From NCBI GenBank assembly GCA_032718475.1, contig JAUCBJ010008890.1:136392-200391 (forward strand): a stretch of 64,000 nt of DNA, written 5' to 3'. Both the position numbers and the translations under genes were made by a program. Under the pieces are notes generated by a model. That model searched no databases and was not told where the DNA came from. It worked only from the letters and a program-made list of their open reading frames with translations. This stretch comes from Nemertoderma westbladi (lineage: Eukaryota > Animalia > Xenacoelomorpha). Every line of letters starts with the position of its first letter. The stretch's first letter is position 1. Of the stretch, positions 62,844-64,000 are shown one piece after another.

Positions 62844-64000
62844 CGGTATGTGTTTGCGCTTTTAAGACCTTTGACAGTTTAACCTGCCAAATTAGGATGT
62901 CTTTTAGATGATAGATAGTCTTTAGCCTATGACGAGTATTTGATACACTACATTAGCCGAAGCCAGTCTATGCGCAATCATTCACCCGCTGGATATACCC
63001 GGGAGACAGAATTCGGAAGCTTAACTTGATTGCTGGTGTAAGCCTACTGTAATTCGACTGATCGTAATATATAATCTCTGACAAATATTATTCACTTTCG
63101 GGAAATATTAACAGTTCCTTTAGGACGTGGCGCTCTAAATATGTAAACAGAGTTATGACTTAAACTAGACACAACGAAATGGCTATAGATTCACGTATAT
63201 GGCGCATTCTTTAGGAGATGCTTTGTTATCAGTTACAATCATACACAATGCTGCACAATACTGCACACTAATCTGCCGACCTTCACTAAATTTAGTCACG
63301 TATAAAGAGAGCAACATACAATTTATGTCGGGCCTATGAAATAGCATTAGATTCACTTCAAACCACTTAACATAGGTCGCAATCGTTTATATGTAACCGG
63401 TCTCTCTAACCTTTAGTATATCAAGAAGATTGGGATGTCTGATAATTGATCAGTATTCCGATATAATATTCCATCAACAAATATAAGGAATAACCGACAG
63501 TAAAAGCAGTAAAGTTAAGGTATAAATGATTATTAAGTGAGGTATGAATTGTTTAGTTAGTTGAGATATGATTAAATGAGTAAGATAACAGATATACGTT
63601 CTATAATTAAGCCTACTAATGTTAAGCTAAAGACTGAAACACGGAGGTGCCAAAAGCCGGTGTTCTTAGGCTCTGGGCAAAAACATAACACTGAATTCCT
63701 GAGTTTCTGTATCCAACCTCCAACACAGAGACAAAAAACGCTCTGATTGGTTGACCGTACAAAGAGAGAACAAAGAACAAAGAAATGTTCGACGTGGCAA
63801 TATCAGCTGTTAGCCGTCGTCATGGTAGCGACACTGTTTTCAAGAGTATCTAGCTTATTGCGTCACGAAATTGCGGATTATGTCCTCTAAAGTACAAATA
63901 CAGAAGAAATGGCTTTTATGTCCTCTAAAACACCAGTACAGTAAGGACACGGCCTTTTTATCCCTGGTAAACCAACCACAGAGTACTTTACGGGAAAATA

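Overview
AT-rich, repeat-dominated animal (probably invertebrate) genomic DNA; no prokaryotic features. From left to right: (1) a minus-strand CRE-like non-LTR retrotransposon whose RT core is replaced by an opposite-strand RTE-like RT fragment; (2) an intronless class A 7TM GPCR gene; (3) a full-length but decayed 10.8 kb BEL/Pao LTR retrotransposon (7961-18776, TTACA target-site duplication). It has no tRNA-type PBS, and the 10 nt at the PBS position are complementary to a site inside its own LTR, suggesting Tf1-like self-priming; (4) several fold-back MITE-like elements and a tRNA-derived SINE; (5) a 23.5 kb satellite of a 37 bp monomer with 2.7 kb and ~6.2-6.4 kb higher-order periodicity; (6) an intronless 1160 aa Ser/Thr-repeat plus NHL-propeller ORF; (7) a six-exon orphan coiled-coil gene reconstructed from phase-compatible GT-AG introns; (8) further RTE copies. 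All calls are by eye; no database searches were run.
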